The notes under the pieces are model-generated. The model saw only the letters and a program-made list of their open reading frames with translations. It was not told the origin of the DNA and made no database searches. From an uncultured archaeon (lineage in GTDB: Archaea; Iainarchaeota; Iainarchaeia; Iainarchaeales; Iainarchaeaceae), in contig CAZNZM010000001.1 in NCBI GenBank assembly GCA_964577555.1, positions 87,278 through 119,277 on the forward strand: a stretch of 32,000 nt of DNA, given 5' to 3'. Position numbers and translations under genes: made by a program. Below, in pieces: positions 30,691-32,000 of the stretch (position 1 is the first letter of the stretch; each line of letters starts with the position of its first letter).

Positions 30691-32000
30691 ATGGATGAAA
30701 ATAAAAGCAAAAACGAGCCACAAGAAAAAAAGCCGATTTTAGCCATATTCTCAAAATTGATTGGCACTGAAAAAGAAAAGGAAAAACAAATAGAAAACAA
30801 AGAAATACAAACATTTATACCTGAATTGAAAACTGACGGAAAAGGCAAGGTAAACGAAATAATAGTGGAATCGCCTTTAGATGAAAAAAATCCAGTCAAG
30901 AAAAACAAAGAAAAAAATAATGTGGAAGAAGAAGGCGGAGACCAAAAAGAAATAAAAGATGCAATTGAAGAAACAAAATTCATAAAAAATACTGCAAAAC
31001 TGCTTGATGAAAAGACTGATAAAAGCAACTATAATGAAACTGAAAAGACCGAATATGAAACAAATGGCAATTCGAAAGTATCTTTGCTAATTCTTGAAAA
31101 CCGAAATTACGATAAGGGGATTTCAATACTTTTAAAAAAAATGGCTTATGATTATGAAAAAAACATGTACGTTGCACTAAACGAAACCATAGAAGAAATG
31201 GAAAACAGGTTTTATGAAGAAAAAATAGAGAAAAAAAAATTTGTTATAATAGATACTCTGACTTTAGGATCAAAAAACGTCAATCAAAAAAAATATGAAA
31301 ATTGCATTTTTGTAGCAAGCCCTAATGCACTCATAGAATTAAGTCTTGCAATAATGCAAGGAATAAATAATTGGAAAGCAAAAGCCATTCTTTTTGACTC
31401 GATTTCAACCCTTTTGATATATGAAAACGAAAAAACGGTTTCAAGATTTGTGCGCTCGATAATTGGAAAAATAAGGGCTTCCGGAATAGACGCTTATTTC
31501 ACCGTATTGGCCGGAGATTCAAAAAAAGACGTTATAAAAGAATTGAGACCATTTTTTGACAAAGCAAACAATCTTGAAGAATTTGTTTCAGAGCAATTTC
31601 CCGGATTTGAAATAGAATCAATAAAAAGACAAAAATGGTACGATGAAGATGAAGAATTGGAAAATTATAAAACTGCACGCCTTAATTCGGAACCGGCAAT
31701 ATTCATGGCTGAAATACAGGCTTTGAAAAGAAAAATCAAGGATTCACAAAAAAACAATTTGATGTGGAAAGATTTGAATTATTTAAAAGAAAAATTGGAA
31801 AAGCTGGAAGGCATGAAAGAAAAAATAAACAAAATTGAAGGATTGACAGAAAATGAAAAAAATAAATACAAAGAAATTAGTGCAACTCTTGAAGAAGTAA
31901 AGGAAAAATTAAAAAAAATGGAAACGGTTTCAAAACTTGAAGAAGAAATCAAAGAGGTTTACAGAAAAATAGAGGAAATAGATGAAAAAGCGCAATTGAG
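30691..32000 (+). CDS. KaiC/RecA-superfamily-like domain protein with degenerate P-loop and long C-terminal coiled coil (3' end outside window)
   Basis: Not in the supplied track because no stop falls inside the window. I translated from ATG 30691 and the frame stays open to 32000. The core SLLILENRNYDKGISILLKKM...YVALNET...KFVIIDTLT...AILFDSISTLLIYE...IRASGIDAYFTV has KaiC/FlaH-like strand order, but ENRNYDKG sits where GxxGxGK[ST] is expected. After that the sequence is a K/E-rich heptad-like stretch. Confidence 0.6.
   Translation, partial: MDENKSKNEPQEKKPILAIFSKLIGTEKEKEKQIENKEIQTFIPELKTDGKGKVNEIIVESPLDEKNPVKKNKEKNNVEEEGGDQKEIKDAIEETKFIKNTAKLLDEKTDKSNYNETEKTEYETNGNSKVSLLILENRNYDKGISILLKKMAYDYEKNMYVALNETIEEMENRFYEEKIEKKKFVIIDTLTLGSKNVNQKKYENCIFVASPNALIELSLAIMQGINNWKAKAILFDSISTLLIYENEKTVSRFVRSIIGKIRASGIDAYFTVLAGDSKKDVIKELRPFFDKANNLEEFVSEQFPGFEIESIKRQKWYDEDEELENYKTARLNSEPAIFMAEIQALKRKIKDSQKNNLMWKDLNYLKEKLEKLEGMKEKINKIEGLTENEKNKYKEISATLEEVKEKLKKMETVSKLEEEIKEVYRKIEEIDEKAQL

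Noticed and set aside
1-32000. Alternative genetic code (stop-codon reassignment) as an explanation for the in-frame TAA at 7043 and the broken ORFs
   Set aside because: All recognisable enzymes (taw1, pgk, gap, coaD, coaE, ATPase, phosphohexomutase) end at TAA, TAG or TGA at the lengths expected from homologues. The standard code fits, and the interruptions are local events.

Overview
AT-rich, gene-dense window that reads as a small-genome archaeon. Supporting gene content: Taw1/TYW1, many class III (prepilin-type) signal peptides, a cupin-type PGI, an NFACT-N protein, and GGAGG/GGTGA ribosome-binding sites. A DPANN-like lineage is inference only. Housekeeping genes are taw1, a PRC-barrel protein, pgk, cupin pgi, class I gap, a PfkB kinase, a phosphohexomutase and a bacterial-type coaE-coaD pair. 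The main accessory feature is a translationally coupled + strand cluster (14677-24595). It encodes five consecutive prepilin-like proteins, an Fn3 lipoprotein, a wHTH protein, a GspE/VirB11-family ATPase, and a membrane platform split into two single-T2SSF genes. One of the five is an 866-aa vWA/MIDAS protein whose vWA fold is interrupted by a tandemly duplicated module. The cluster is flanked by a convergent Cys-knot surface protein and by a separately transcribed candidate major pilin (25655-26080) with a strong SD and a hairpin terminator. Another pilin-like gene, lipoproteins and several Cys-rich membrane-anchored proteins are scattered through the window, so much of it looks like cell-surface or host-contact inventory. 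Other observations: a dispersed A-rich repeat with GCTCGC cores at two loci; three apparent gene disruptions (a DUF2330-like gene with two frameshifts, an A8-tract frameshift, an in-frame TAA); an NFACT protein lacking its C-terminal half; and a KaiC/RecA-like protein with a degenerate P-loop that runs off the window end (not in the supplied ORF track). I recognised no rRNA, tRNA, CRISPR array, transposase or integrase. All family assignments come from motif reading by eye and need profile searches.
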